Assembly (NCBI GenBank): GCA_965208675.1
Contig: OZ242351.1
Coordinates: forward strand, 2,464,001-2,528,000
Direction: 5' to 3'
Length of the DNA: 64,000 nt
Origin: Candidatus Poribacteria bacterium
GTDB lineage: Bacteria; Poribacteria; WGA-4E; PCPOR2b
Positions 45,765 to 56,199 of the stretch are shown here, piece after piece (position 1 is the stretch's first letter; every line of letters begins with the position of its first letter). The notes under the pieces are model-generated. The model was given only the letters and a program-made list of their open reading frames with translations. It was not told the origin of the DNA and did not search any database. The position numbers were made by a program, and so were the translations under genes.

Positions 45765-47342
45765 ATGAGAATTATACAAAGAGCGCGGGAATTCCGGATA
45801 ATCGCCTTGGCGATTATAACGCTGCTTGCATTTGGCGCCGTAGTTGAGGCGCGCATCTCCACGAGTACGAAGCACCTGGATGAATATATTAACACCACCT
45901 TGAAAGAAGAGGGGATTAAGCCGTCGAAGCGGTCAAAAGACGCCGAGTTTTTGAGGCGCGTGCATCTCGATCTGAACGGAAAGATTCCCAATGTTGACGA
46001 GGTAGTGAGGTTCCTCGACGATGGATCGAAGAACAAGCGCGAGAAAAAGATTGACGAGTTGCTCGGCAGCGAACCTTTTCTTGACAACTGGACACGGATT
46101 TGGGTGAACTGGTTGGTTGGGCGGGGCAATAGCGACCGCCGTTTTGAGTTGACGAACTGGGTTCGCGAGGCGCTGGCGCGCAATCTGACATACGACCGGT
46201 TTGTTGCCGCGTTAATCACGGCGGATGGGAAGATTACGGAGAACGGCGCCGGCGGTTTTTTGCTTCGATACGACCTATCGCCGATAGACTTGACCGCTCA
46301 GACGTCGCGGTTATTTCTTGGCTTGCCGATGCAGTGCGCGCAGTGCCACGACCATAAGAGCGAGGAGTGGCTGCAGGAAGATTTCTATAGCATCGCGGCG
46401 TTCTTTGCGAGTACGGAATATGAGCGAATCTACGAGAAGGACGAAAACGGCGAAGAAGAGGAGATTGATGTCGTTTTGAGGAATATTCCGCGCGGTTCCG
46501 TGTACATTCCGGACGCCGAACAAGAAACGCCGGCGCGCTTCTTGGATGGCGAACGCTACAAGGGTTCCCCTATGCTGCGCCGCCGTGCATTGAGCGAATG
46601 GATGACATCGAAAGAGAATCCGTACTTCAGCCGCGCACTCGTGAATCGGATTTGGGCGCATTTTATGGGCAAAGGGTTCGTGGAACCGCTCGACGGATTT
46701 GGAGAAGAGTACCCCCCGACGCATCCGGAGTTGCTCGATTGGTTGGCGGATGATTTTGCGGCGCACAATTACGACCTGCGGTATCTCATGCGAACGATAC
46801 TAAATTCGCAAGCGTACCAGCGAACATCCGCGGCGAATAAGCACAACGCAGACGACGAGACCCACTATTCGCACGCTTATGTCAAGCCGTTGAACGCAGA
46901 GCAGTTCTTCTATTCGATGATTGAAGCCACGGGTTTTGATCGGCTTCAGAAACGGCGGGACCGGGGGGCGCTCGAACACATGAAACGCCGGTACCTCGAA
47001 CGCTTCATATTCTTGCTAGCCAACGGCGAAATGGAGGAGCTTGAGGCGTTCAACGGCACCGTGCCGCAAGCGTTGATGATGATTAACGGACCGTTGGTGA
47101 ACGATAGCGGCGATCACAAAGCCCGCGGCAGTCTAATCAATGACATACTCAAACGGTGGCGCACCACAGCGGATCGGGTAGATCAAATTTATCTCAGGAC
47201 GCTTTCACGCCCGGCGACAGCTTCAGAACAATCCTATTTCAAACGTTACGAGGACACGAGCCTGTACCGCGACAAGGAATTACCGTATGAAGACCTCTAT
47301 TGGGCGTTGCTGAACTCGGCGGAGTTCTCGTTAAACCACTAG
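45765..47342 (+). CDS. DUF1549/DUF1553 (PSCyt2/PSD1) protein
   Basis: FLRRVHLDLNG.IP, FLG..MQCAQCHDH, VNRIWAHFMGKG, PTHPELLDWLA, LLNSAEF; ATG 45765 follows AGGAG. Confidence 0.92.
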   Translation: MRIIQRAREFRIIALAIITLLAFGAVVEARISTSTKHLDEYINTTLKEEGIKPSKRSKDAEFLRRVHLDLNGKIPNVDEVVRFLDDGSKNKREKKIDELLGSEPFLDNWTRIWVNWLVGRGNSDRRFELTNWVREALARNLTYDRFVAALITADGKITENGAGGFLLRYDLSPIDLTAQTSRLFLGLPMQCAQCHDHKSEEWLQEDFYSIAAFFASTEYERIYEKDENGEEEEIDVVLRNIPRGSVYIPDAEQETPARFLDGERYKGSPMLRRRALSEWMTSKENPYFSRALVNRIWAHFMGKGFVEPLDGFGEEYPPTHPELLDWLADDFAAHNYDLRYLMRTILNSQAYQRTSAANKHNADDETHYSHAYVKPLNAEQFFYSMIEATGFDRLQKRRDRGALEHMKRRYLERFIFLLANGEMEELEAFNGTVPQALMMINGPLVNDSGDHKARGSLINDILKRWRTTADRVDQIYLRTLSRPATASEQSYFKRYEDTSLYRDKELPYEDLYWALLNSAEFSLNH

Positions 47343-47398
47343 TAGACTTACGGCGTTTGGAGCTGTAAGCCGTGAACTGTTGACGAAAGGAAGAGGAC

Positions 47399-48703
47399 AT
47401 GAACACACAGCTATGGTTTCCGGAAAATAAAAGCCCTGAACAATACGATAAAGATATGTCGCGGCGCAGTTTTCTCAAATTCGGCACGAGCAGTTTTTTG
47501 GGGCTGATAGCCATGCAGCATCTGCAACTGCCGGCACTTTCCGCGATCGATGCGCTGCCGTCGCAAGCGGAACACTGCATTGTTCTGTTCATGAACGGCG
47601 GTCCGAGTCAATTGGACACGTTTGATCCAAAAGCGGGTACGGCGAACGGTGGGCCTTTCAAGGCGATATCGACAAGTGCGAAAGGCATCGAGTTTTCTGA
47701 AAATTTGCCGCTGCTCGCCGAGCAAGCCCATCACCTCTCCATTATCCGATCGATGGTATCGGGCGAAGGGAATCATGAAAGGGCGCGATTCCTGCTGCAT
47801 ACCGGCTACGCGCCGACGGGATCCGTGCAGCACCCGACTCTGGGTTCAATCGCCTCCTACTATATGGATGACGACGATTTTGAATTGCCGAGTTGTGTGA
47901 ACATCAACTCGCCAACTTTTACGGGCGGATTTCTAGGTGCGGCGCACGATCCGTTCTTGGTCAGCAATCCGATGGAACCGCTTGAGGATCTCAAGTACCC
48001 GCCGCAAATGGACCGCCATAGATTTCGCCAACGTCTCCGTATGTTGAAGGATTTGGAGAAGGATTTCCTCAAGAAGCGAGACACACGCAGCACTGAAGCC
48101 CATCAAGCTATCTACAAAAAGGCGGATAAACTGATAAACTCGCCGCACGCAGAGGCGTTCAGCCTCAATGAAGAGCCGTTAGCGTTAAGAGAATCCTACG
48201 GAATGAACCAATTCGGGCAAGGCTGCCTGATGGCGCGCCGGTTGGTTGAGGCGGGCGTGAAGTTTGTTGAGGTTTCGCTTGACGGTTGGGATACCCACTC
48301 GAACAACTTTGAATCAGTGAAGAACCTACTTAGTGTAGTTGATCCGGCGTTCTCGGCGCTGGTGAAAGATCTTGCCGATCGAGAAATATTGGACAAGACG
48401 GTGGTGTTATGGCTCGGGGAGTTTGGACGGACTCCCAGGATTAACGAGAATGACGGGCGCGACCACTACCCGAACGGCTGGTCTGCGGTTCTCGCCGGCG
48501 GCGGTGTTCGAGGCGGACAGGCGGTCGGAGCGACGGATGCGGATGGGATAGAGGTTGTTGACCGCGCGGTTTCCGTGCCCGACCTATTTGCGTCGCTCTG
48601 CTTTGCGCTAGGGATAGACTATCACACCGAAAATTATTCTCGAATGGGTCGCCCGATTCGAGTCGTTGACAACGGTGCGGTGGTCAAAGAGTTATTTGCA
48701 TGA
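47399..48703 (+). CDS. DUF1501 protein with twin-arginine signal
   Basis: SRRSFLK; GGPSQLDTFDPK; CLMARRLVEAGV.FV; GWDTH; GEFGRTP; GRDH. Confidence 0.92.
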   Translation: MNTQLWFPENKSPEQYDKDMSRRSFLKFGTSSFLGLIAMQHLQLPALSAIDALPSQAEHCIVLFMNGGPSQLDTFDPKAGTANGGPFKAISTSAKGIEFSENLPLLAEQAHHLSIIRSMVSGEGNHERARFLLHTGYAPTGSVQHPTLGSIASYYMDDDDFELPSCVNINSPTFTGGFLGAAHDPFLVSNPMEPLEDLKYPPQMDRHRFRQRLRMLKDLEKDFLKKRDTRSTEAHQAIYKKADKLINSPHAEAFSLNEEPLALRESYGMNQFGQGCLMARRLVEAGVKFVEVSLDGWDTHSNNFESVKNLLSVVDPAFSALVKDLADREILDKTVVLWLGEFGRTPRINENDGRDHYPNGWSAVLAGGGVRGGQAVGATDADGIEVVDRAVSVPDLFASLCFALGIDYHTENYSRMGRPIRVVDNGAVVKELFA

Positions 48704-48849
48704 AGCGTAATACGGCGTTGAAAGTGCCTCGGGATACGTGTATCGGCAGCTTCGCATTTTTCGATATTTACCGTGTGCGCAACGAAGCTTGAGTCTACGT
48801 GATTTTGTGAAATTCTAAATCGCAGCGATTTGATACGGAGAGCACATCT

Positions 48850-49749
48850 ATGAAAGTCCTCGTGACTGGTTCAACGGGTCTCATCGGTTCGGCGTTGGTT
48901 AGCACCCTCACCGAGCAGGGACACGAGGTTAAGAAACTCGTCCGCACCGAGCCCGCGTCCGGAGAAGATGAGGTTCACTGGTCGCCTGAATCGAGAAACA
49001 TTGATAAGGGCGGGTTGGAAGGATTGGATGCGGTCGTGCATCTCGCCGGAGAAAACATTGCCAGCGGGAAATGGACGGCAGAGAAAAAAGCCAGAATACG
49101 CGACAGCCGTGTCGAAGGAACGCGTCTGCTATGCGAGACGATCGCCCAACTTGAACGGCCGCCCAAGGTAGCGGTTTGCTCGTCTGCTATCGGTTTTTAC
49201 GGCGACCGCGGCGGTGCGGCAGTCGACGAGGCAGCCTTTTCGGGATCGGGGTTTCTCCCCGATGTCTGCCAGGAATGGGAGGAAGCCACGGGATCGGCGG
49301 CGGAAGCAGGCATCCGAGTTGTAAACCTTCGGATTGGCGTTGTATTTAGTCTGGACGGCGGCGCATTGGCACGAATGCTTCCCCCATTCAAGATGGGTTC
49401 CGGAGGAAAATTGGGGAATGGGAAACAGTACATTAGTTGGATCGCGTTAGACGATGTCGTTGGTGCAATCAATCACGTTCTTACGCAAGACGGTTTGCAC
49501 GGTCCGGTAAATGCGGTATCCCCGCAGGCGGTCACCAATAGCGAACTTACAAAAACCTTGGGGCGCGTGCTGAACCGCCCTACCCTCTTTGGCATGCCCG
49601 CCTTTATGGTTCGTTCCGTCTTCGGCGAAATGGCGGACGAAATGCTGCTCGTAAGCACCCGCGTGGAGCCTGCCCGATTGTCTGAAACTGGCTACACATT
49701 CCAGTATCCCGAACTCGAAAGCGCGCTGCGGTACCTTTTGGGAAAATGA
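48850..49749 (+). CDS. TIGR01777-family NAD-dependent epimerase/oxidoreductase
   Basis: VTGSTGLIG, VVHLAGENI, SAIGFYG, VCQEWE, LRIGVV, SWIALDD. Confidence 0.93.
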   Translation: MKVLVTGSTGLIGSALVSTLTEQGHEVKKLVRTEPASGEDEVHWSPESRNIDKGGLEGLDAVVHLAGENIASGKWTAEKKARIRDSRVEGTRLLCETIAQLERPPKVAVCSSAIGFYGDRGGAAVDEAAFSGSGFLPDVCQEWEEATGSAAEAGIRVVNLRIGVVFSLDGGALARMLPPFKMGSGGKLGNGKQYISWIALDDVVGAINHVLTQDGLHGPVNAVSPQAVTNSELTKTLGRVLNRPTLFGMPAFMVRSVFGEMADEMLLVSTRVEPARLSETGYTFQYPELESALRYLLGK

Positions 49750-50041
49750 ACAGTTCAGAAGAATCAATGCTACTACGCTGACACACGCTTACCCATTCGA
49801 CCTTTGCTTCGTCCAACGATTACCACGACGCAACAACACCTCTGATGTGTCCCACGAAATACCGTTTCGCCGATTGAGGCGAATATTCAATATCCTGCTC
49901 TCGTTACAATCTCGCCCCGCGCACCTTCCTTAACATTCGCGCCTAAATATCTGCATGACATCTTTCCCAATCATATCTATCCTTGCCCATAGACACCGCC
50001 AGAACCGAACCATAGGGTGATTTCAAAGGCATGAAAAAATA

Positions 50042-50105
50042 AATGCAGATTTATTAGCATTTTGTCTTGACATGCTGAATCAGGTAATGCTATAATTCTC
50101 GCAGT
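50042..50105 (+). promoter_or_regulatory. Sigma70 promoter with two palindromic BlaI-type operator candidates
   Basis: TTGACA(50067)-N18-TATAAT(50091); AATGCAGATTTATTAGCATT and AATGCTATAATTCTCGCAGT; homologous to 54445-54508. Confidence 0.7.
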
Positions 50106-50318
50106 GATGCTGTTTCTTTGCGTGAGTCAATCATCTACCTAACAGAACGGTAGTGTGCGAGAATCTACAGTAGGTGATTAGTTTGGGTGCCGTTCTTTAC
50201 TTTATCGAAACGGTTTGTGGTGCGCTGGTTAGGGTTCAAATAGGAAACAGGCCGATTACCTCTACATTGAACTTACACCATTCCTTTGATAGCATGAGGA
50301 GGTTCGACGATACTGACT

Positions 50319-52178
50319 ATGAGGAAATGCAACCAACCAGCTAAAACGTTCGATGCGAATCGTTACTTGTTAGCAAGAATCGAAGTGGGCACGCATTACG
50401 CTTTATTTTTTCTATTATTGCTACTGCATTTCAGTGTTATTTCCGCAAATTCTCAATGGCAGCGGGAGCAAATTGTGTTTGTGGCTCAAGAGGCGGATCT
50501 CCGACAAATACGCCTCACAAATGGTTTAGGCGGTCAAGTTAAAAAGCTTACATTGCAAGGACGCTGCGCCACGCCATCATTATCGTTTGATGGAAAACGG
50601 GTTGCATTTGCCTGGTTAGCCCATCGACGGCAAAACTATGAAATTTATTTAATGGATATTCAGTCAGGTGAGCAGCGTCGAGTGACATTTTCACAAAATA
50701 GAAATATTCATAGTCTTTACCCTTCTTGGGCGCCGGACGGAAGTCGGATTGTGTTCGCTTCAAATTTTGATGGTGATTACGACCTCTACACTGTGGATGA
50801 AAAAGGGAATAATCGCACCCCGCTGACGGATAGTGAGGGAGACGATGTGCAACCTGACTGGTCTCCGGACGGGCGTGAAATCGTGTTCGCTTCTGATCAA
50901 GCCCAGGGGTATTTTCAGATATACCGGATAGATGTCAGAACGGGACACCAACAGACTCTTGCCAATAACGATTTTCATGCCGCCTATCCGAGATGGTCGC
51001 CTGACGGCACTCAGGTAGCATACCATTCTGCAGTGGTTGATGTGGCGCTAACCGGCGGCTGGCAGATTTGGCAAGTCAGAACTGATGGAACGGACGTAAA
51101 ACACCTGATTGTAGAAGGTGAAAGTGGTAGCCCCGCCATTTCTCCCGACGGGAAGCAGATTGCATTTTCATCTTGGAGAGATGATAACTTGGACATTTAC
51201 ATCTTGGACAGGGATTCTCTGGAAACTCGCCGTCTTACTCGCGACCCGTCTCTCGATTCGAGTCCGGGTTGGTCACCGGACGGCAAACACTTAGTTTTTG
51301 TTTCCAAGAGAACGGGCAATCCAGACATTCATAAGATTAACGCAGATGGCGGTGGGATTGTGAATTTGACTCGGAGTGAAACGTCCGAATATAGTCCAGC
51401 TTGGTCTCCCGGAGGGGATAGGATTAGCTTCGCTCGAGTTGTAGATGGAAGGTGGGAGATTCATGTGATGGACAGCGGCGGAAACCGTCAAAGGCGGTTG
51501 GATAATAGTCCTGTTTTCAACGGATCTCCGTCATGGTCGCCGCAAGGGGATAAGATTGCCTTTGTGAATTCGCCCGAAGAGGATTCAAAAGTGAGACGCA
51601 TTTACATAATTGATCCGGAGGGGCAGAATAAGCGATTATTATATGAATCATTAAGCGTGAGAATAAGTAGACCCAGTTGGTCTCCGGATGGCAGAAAAAT
51701 GCTGTTTGTCAATTTAAGCAAATTGGACAATGGGATTTCAGAAATCCGCATACTTGATGTGATGACACGAAAGGTGGTCAACTCGATTCATTTGATAGAT
51801 GTATCGATTGACAATGCAGTTTGGTCGTCCGTTGGTAGGAATATTGTCTTTACAGCGCTTTCAGTAGACGTGCAGCGTATCCTCCAGTACGGTGTTTTCT
51901 TGGTGGACGCCGACGGCAATAATCAAGAGCCCCTTTTGCATACCTTCAGTCCTCAGGCGGTTGATTACGGCGAGGAACGTCTTTCGTGGTCGCCCGAAGG
52001 ACAAAGCCTCCTGTTTAGCCGCGGCACTGGACACCTCTACGTAACCGGGATAAACGGAGGAGGCGTCAGCCTTTTTCTCAGAAATGCGCATTCACCGGAT
52101 TGGAAACAGCCTGTATCCCGCGAGAGAGTAACAGCCGAGAACAAGCTGCATACGACTTGGGGCGAAGTCAAGAAGTAA
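50319..52178 (+). CDS. TolB-like PD40-repeat beta-propeller protein, copy 1
   Basis: Many P.WSPDG..I.F repeats; hydrophobic N-terminal signal; C-terminus NKLHTTWGEVKK. Confidence 0.92.
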   Translation: MRKCNQPAKTFDANRYLLARIEVGTHYALFFLLLLLHFSVISANSQWQREQIVFVAQEADLRQIRLTNGLGGQVKKLTLQGRCATPSLSFDGKRVAFAWLAHRRQNYEIYLMDIQSGEQRRVTFSQNRNIHSLYPSWAPDGSRIVFASNFDGDYDLYTVDEKGNNRTPLTDSEGDDVQPDWSPDGREIVFASDQAQGYFQIYRIDVRTGHQQTLANNDFHAAYPRWSPDGTQVAYHSAVVDVALTGGWQIWQVRTDGTDVKHLIVEGESGSPAISPDGKQIAFSSWRDDNLDIYILDRDSLETRRLTRDPSLDSSPGWSPDGKHLVFVSKRTGNPDIHKINADGGGIVNLTRSETSEYSPAWSPGGDRISFARVVDGRWEIHVMDSGGNRQRRLDNSPVFNGSPSWSPQGDKIAFVNSPEEDSKVRRIYIIDPEGQNKRLLYESLSVRISRPSWSPDGRKMLFVNLSKLDNGISEIRILDVMTRKVVNSIHLIDVSIDNAVWSSVGRNIVFTALSVDVQRILQYGVFLVDADGNNQEPLLHTFSPQAVDYGEERLSWSPEGQSLLFSRGTGHLYVTGINGGGVSLFLRNAHSPDWKQPVSRERVTAENKLHTTWGEVKK

Positions 52179-52293
52179 ACCGTGCCCAGATCGAACCCGT
52201 GCAAATATCTTGACCGACTCCGATTGTAGCCTGAAATTCAACCATAGTAACCAACTTGCTCAGCGCTGTATTGCATGAGGAGGCTCGACGATA

Positions 52294-54075
52294 ATGACAA
52301 TGAGGAAATGCCATCAACCAGCTAAAACGTGCGATTCAAACCGTTACTTGTTAGCAAGAATTGAAGTGGACACGCGGTATATTTTATTTTTTCTATTATT
52401 ACTACTGATAAATTTCAGTGTTTTTTCCGCAAATGCCCAATGGCAGCGGGAGCAAATTGTGTTTGTGTCACAAGAGGCGGATCTCCGACAAATACGCCTC
52501 ACAAATGGTTTAGGCGGCCAGGTCAAAAAGCTTACATTGCAAGGACGCTGCGCCACGCCATCATTATCGTATGATGGAAAAAGGGTTGCATTTTCTTGGT
52601 CAGCCCATCGCCGGCAAAACTATGAAATTTTTTTGATGGACATTCAGTCAGGTCAGCAACGTAGAGTGACACTTTCACAAAATAGAAATATCCATAGTCT
52701 TTATCCTTCTTGGGCACCTGACGGAAGTAGGATTGTGTTCGCTTCAAATTTTGATGGTGATTACGACCTCTACACCGTCGATGAAAAAGGGAATAATCGC
52801 ACCCCGTTGACGGATAGTGAGGGAGACGATGTTCAACCTGACTGGTCTTCGGACGGGCGTGAAATCGTGTTTGCTTCCGATCAAGCCCAGGGTTTTTTTC
52901 AGATATACCGGGTAGATTTAAAAACAGGACACCAACAGACTCTTGCGAATAACGATTTTCATGCTGCCTACCCGAGATGGTCGCCTGATGGAACTCAGGT
53001 GGCATACCATTCTGCAGTGGTTGATGTGGCGCTAACCGGCGGCCGGCAGATTTGGCAAGTCAGAACTGATGGAACGGACGTGAAACGCCTGATTGTAGAA
53101 GGTGAAAGCAATAGCCCCGCCATTTCTCCCGACGGGAAGCAGATAGCATTTTCATCTAGGAGAGATGATAACTGGGACATTTACGTCTTCGATAGGGATT
53201 CCCTGCAAACTGTCCGCCTAACGCGTGACCCATCTATCGATTCGAGTCCGAGTTGGTCACCTGATGGCAGGCATATTGTTTTTAATTCCAAAAGAACGGG
53301 CAATCCTGACATTCATAAGATGGATGCCGAAGGCGGCGGGATTGTGAATTTGACTCGGAGTGAGACTTCCGAATATGGTGCAGTTTGGTCTCCCGGAGGG
53401 GATAAGATTAGTTTTGCGCGAGTTGTAGACGGAAGGTGGGAGATTCATGTAATGGACAGCGGCGGGAACCGCCAAATGCGGCTGGATAATGGTCCTGTTT
53501 ACAACGGCTATCCGTCATGGTCGCCGCAAGGAGATAAGATTGCCTTTGTGAATTCGCCCGAAGAGGATTCAAAGGTTGGGCGTATTTATACAATTGATCC
53601 GGATGGGCAGAATAAGCAATTATTATATGAAACATTAAGCGTGAGAATAAGTAGACCTAGTTGGTCTCCAAATGGCAGAAAAATGCTGTTTGTCAATCTA
53701 GACAAATTGGACTTAGGGATCACAGAAATCCGCATACTTGATGTAATGACAGGAAAGGTGGTCAACTCAATTCGTTTGAAGGACGTTCCGATTGACAACG
53801 CAGTTTGGGGACCTAATGGTAGGACCATTATCTTTTCAGCGCTTTCAACAGACGTGCGGCGTGTCCTCCGGTACGGTGTTTTCTTAGTGGACGCCGACGG
53901 CAATAATCAAGAACCGCTTTGGCATACTTTAATTGCCCACGACCTTTATTACGGAGGAGGCGTCAACCTATTTCTCAGAAATGCGCATTCGCCGGATTGG
54001 AAAACGCCTCGTATCTGGCAGAACGTAACCCCAAAAAACAAGCTGCAGACGACGTGGGGAGAGGTCAAAAACTAG
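52294..54075 (+). CDS. TolB-like PD40-repeat beta-propeller protein, copy 2 (tandem paralog)
   Basis: Collinear with and highly similar to copy 1; C-terminus NKLQTTWGEVKN. Confidence 0.92.
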   Translation: MTMRKCHQPAKTCDSNRYLLARIEVDTRYILFFLLLLLINFSVFSANAQWQREQIVFVSQEADLRQIRLTNGLGGQVKKLTLQGRCATPSLSYDGKRVAFSWSAHRRQNYEIFLMDIQSGQQRRVTLSQNRNIHSLYPSWAPDGSRIVFASNFDGDYDLYTVDEKGNNRTPLTDSEGDDVQPDWSSDGREIVFASDQAQGFFQIYRVDLKTGHQQTLANNDFHAAYPRWSPDGTQVAYHSAVVDVALTGGRQIWQVRTDGTDVKRLIVEGESNSPAISPDGKQIAFSSRRDDNWDIYVFDRDSLQTVRLTRDPSIDSSPSWSPDGRHIVFNSKRTGNPDIHKMDAEGGGIVNLTRSETSEYGAVWSPGGDKISFARVVDGRWEIHVMDSGGNRQMRLDNGPVYNGYPSWSPQGDKIAFVNSPEEDSKVGRIYTIDPDGQNKQLLYETLSVRISRPSWSPNGRKMLFVNLDKLDLGITEIRILDVMTGKVVNSIRLKDVPIDNAVWGPNGRTIIFSALSTDVRRVLRYGVFLVDADGNNQEPLWHTLIAHDLYYGGGVNLFLRNAHSPDWKTPRIWQNVTPKNKLQTTWGEVKN

Positions 54076-54444
54076 TCCGTAGATTGACAGATACCCCACT
54101 TATACAGCCAGTTTTTCCTCTCTGAGCTGGCGGACTCCTAATTACCTACTTTGTACCGCGTCGGTTCTCATTGCTTTTTGTTTCAGATTGCCAATGCGAT
54201 CGCGTTTGATATACCGCTACAATTCCGATCGCTGTTCCTTCCGAAGATTACCCTAGAATAGTTTGCATCTCGCACTATCCCCCTGGAGTTCAACTTCGCT
54301 GATTGCGCAGATGTAAAATTAGTGCGTTCTCGGCACTCTCGCCTAAACACCAACATGTGAATATATCCATTCACAGAATTACTTACCCATAGTTTAGACG
54401 GTACGTCAGTCAAATTAACGAAATTGTAAAGGAATCTGCATAAT

Positions 54445-54508
54445 AATGCAGGTATTTTAGCAATTTCACTTGACATGCCGTATTAACGAATACTACAATT
54501 CTAGCATT
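54445..54508 (+). promoter_or_regulatory. blaI-like promoter with two palindromic operator candidates
   Basis: TTGACA(54470)-N18-TACAAT(54494); AATGCAGGTATTTTAGCAAT and AATACTACAATTCTAGCATT. Confidence 0.7.
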
Positions 54509-54554
54509 AATGATTATTGGATGTCGAATTCAATGTACCTTTAGGGAAGGAAAT

Positions 54555-54956
54555 ATGTCTATCAACAAACCACCTCGTGACCTAAGTCGCCGCGAACGAC
54601 AGATTATGAACATCGTCTACCGCAGAGGCCGGGCTTCGGTCGCAGAAGTATTGGATGAATTGGAAGTCTCTCCATCCTATTCAGCCGTCCGGGCGATGAT
54701 GCGAATTCTAGAAGAGAAGAGCCATCTTCGGCATGATAAAGAGGGAGCGCGATTCATCTACACGCCGGTTTACCCGCGTCAGGATGCCGGAGAATCGGCT
54801 CTTAAACAAGTGTTTCAGACTTTTTTCGATAATTCGGTTGAGAAAACCATCGCCGCACTGTTGAATGTCTCTGATACTGCATTGTCCGACGAGGAATCCA
54901 ATCGTTTGGCGGCACTCATCGAACAAACCAAGTCAGAACAAGACGAAAATCCATGA
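54555..54956 (+). CDS. BlaI/MecI/CopY family repressor
   Basis: LSRRERQIMNIVY..G.ASVAEV...SYSAVRAMMRILEEK; TFFDNS; precedes an M56 gene. Confidence 0.92.
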   Translation: MSINKPPRDLSRRERQIMNIVYRRGRASVAEVLDELEVSPSYSAVRAMMRILEEKSHLRHDKEGARFIYTPVYPRQDAGESALKQVFQTFFDNSVEKTIAALLNVSDTALSDEESNRLAALIEQTKSEQDENP

Positions 54957-55017
54957 TGGTACTGTACGTTGATCGAATTAATTCCGCCGTAACATACCAT
55001 TACAAGGAGTAAACCCC

Positions 55018-56187
55018 ATGATGTCCCTAATTTCGCTCTTCGAGGTTTCCGAACATTCGAGTCGTTGGCTAGCGGTGTTTTTGGCGGCGTCCGTAAAGGG
55101 ATTTATTGTGCTTGCAATGGCTGCCGGGTTGAATCTTGTGTTGCGGCGCAGTTCTTCGGCGATCCGCCACCTGATATGGTTACTGGCAATTTCCAGTTGC
55201 CTCTGCCTACCCGTCATTTCTGTGATTTTGCCAAGCTGGCGGTTGCCAGTTGTCCCACAGATGCACACTTGGACCGACGCAACGCCCGGTTTGGAAAGGA
55301 ATCTGGACGATGCAAAATTTCCATCCGTAGATAGCCGGTCCGTCACGCCGGGCGCAGCGATTTCTCAAAACGATTCCAACCCCGAAACAGCAAGATTGCC
55401 TAGCACGGTTCGAGAAACATCCGAAAATTTCACACTGCAGAAGCCGGGATGGTGGACAATGCCAGCCCTTTGGACCTTTATCGGGATTGCTTGGTGCATC
55501 GGTATGTTGATTGTCCTCGTTCCACTGTTGACAGGGTTGGCAGGCATTTGGAAAATTGCACAGCGAAGTCAACGTGTAACCGATGGCCACTTGGCAGCGT
55601 TGATGCGTGAACTCCGGCAAAAAATCGGCTTGAAGCGCAGTGTTTCGCTCTTACGGAGCGAGGTGAAGATGCCGATGACTTGGGGCATCATTCGTCCCCA
55701 AGTGCTGATTCCCGCTGATGCGCAAAACTGGCCGATAAACCGTCAGCGCGCCGTGTTGCTGCACGAACTCGCACACGTCCAACGGTGGGATTGGGTAACG
55801 CAAACGCTTGCCCATATCTCCTGCGCCGTCTATTGGTTTAACCCATTGGTCTGGATGGCTGATCGACGCATGCGCCTAGAACGTGAGCGCGCCTGCGACG
55901 ACCATGTCTTGATCGGCGGCTTCCGCGCGGCAGACTATGCCGAGCACTTGCTAGAAATTGCCCGGGAAACGTTGCCGCGTGCATTTACTGCACGCGCTGC
56001 GGTAGCTATGGCGCAGCCCTCGTGGATTGAAAAGCGGCTGCGGGTCATTCTGGCGGCAGACCGCAATCGGCGGCCTGTGACGAGAGCCGCAGTTTCAGTC
56101 GGCGTATTGACCGTCGCCTGTCTCGTCCTTCCGCTCGGAATCATGCATATTGCCGAAGCACTTGACGACGAATATTTACTTCAATAG
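55018..56187 (+). CDS. BlaR1-like M56 metallopeptidase (N-terminal part of an interrupted gene)
   Basis: RHLIW, PMTWG, LLHELAHV, YWFNPLVW, ERACDD; ends at TAG right after the last TM helix. Confidence 0.85.
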   Translation: MMSLISLFEVSEHSSRWLAVFLAASVKGFIVLAMAAGLNLVLRRSSSAIRHLIWLLAISSCLCLPVISVILPSWRLPVVPQMHTWTDATPGLERNLDDAKFPSVDSRSVTPGAAISQNDSNPETARLPSTVRETSENFTLQKPGWWTMPALWTFIGIAWCIGMLIVLVPLLTGLAGIWKIAQRSQRVTDGHLAALMRELRQKIGLKRSVSLLRSEVKMPMTWGIIRPQVLIPADAQNWPINRQRAVLLHELAHVQRWDWVTQTLAHISCAVYWFNPLVWMADRRMRLERERACDDHVLIGGFRAADYAEHLLEIARETLPRAFTARAAVAMAQPSWIEKRLRVILAADRNRRPVTRAAVSVGVLTVACLVLPLGIMHIAEALDDEYLLQ

Positions 56188-56199
56188 ATTAGGGAAGCT

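Noticed and set aside
45765-48703. CAQCH as a c-type cytochrome or new system
   Set aside because: It is the standard motif of DUF1549/DUF1553 proteins, and pairing with DUF1501 is common in Planctomycetota-like genomes.
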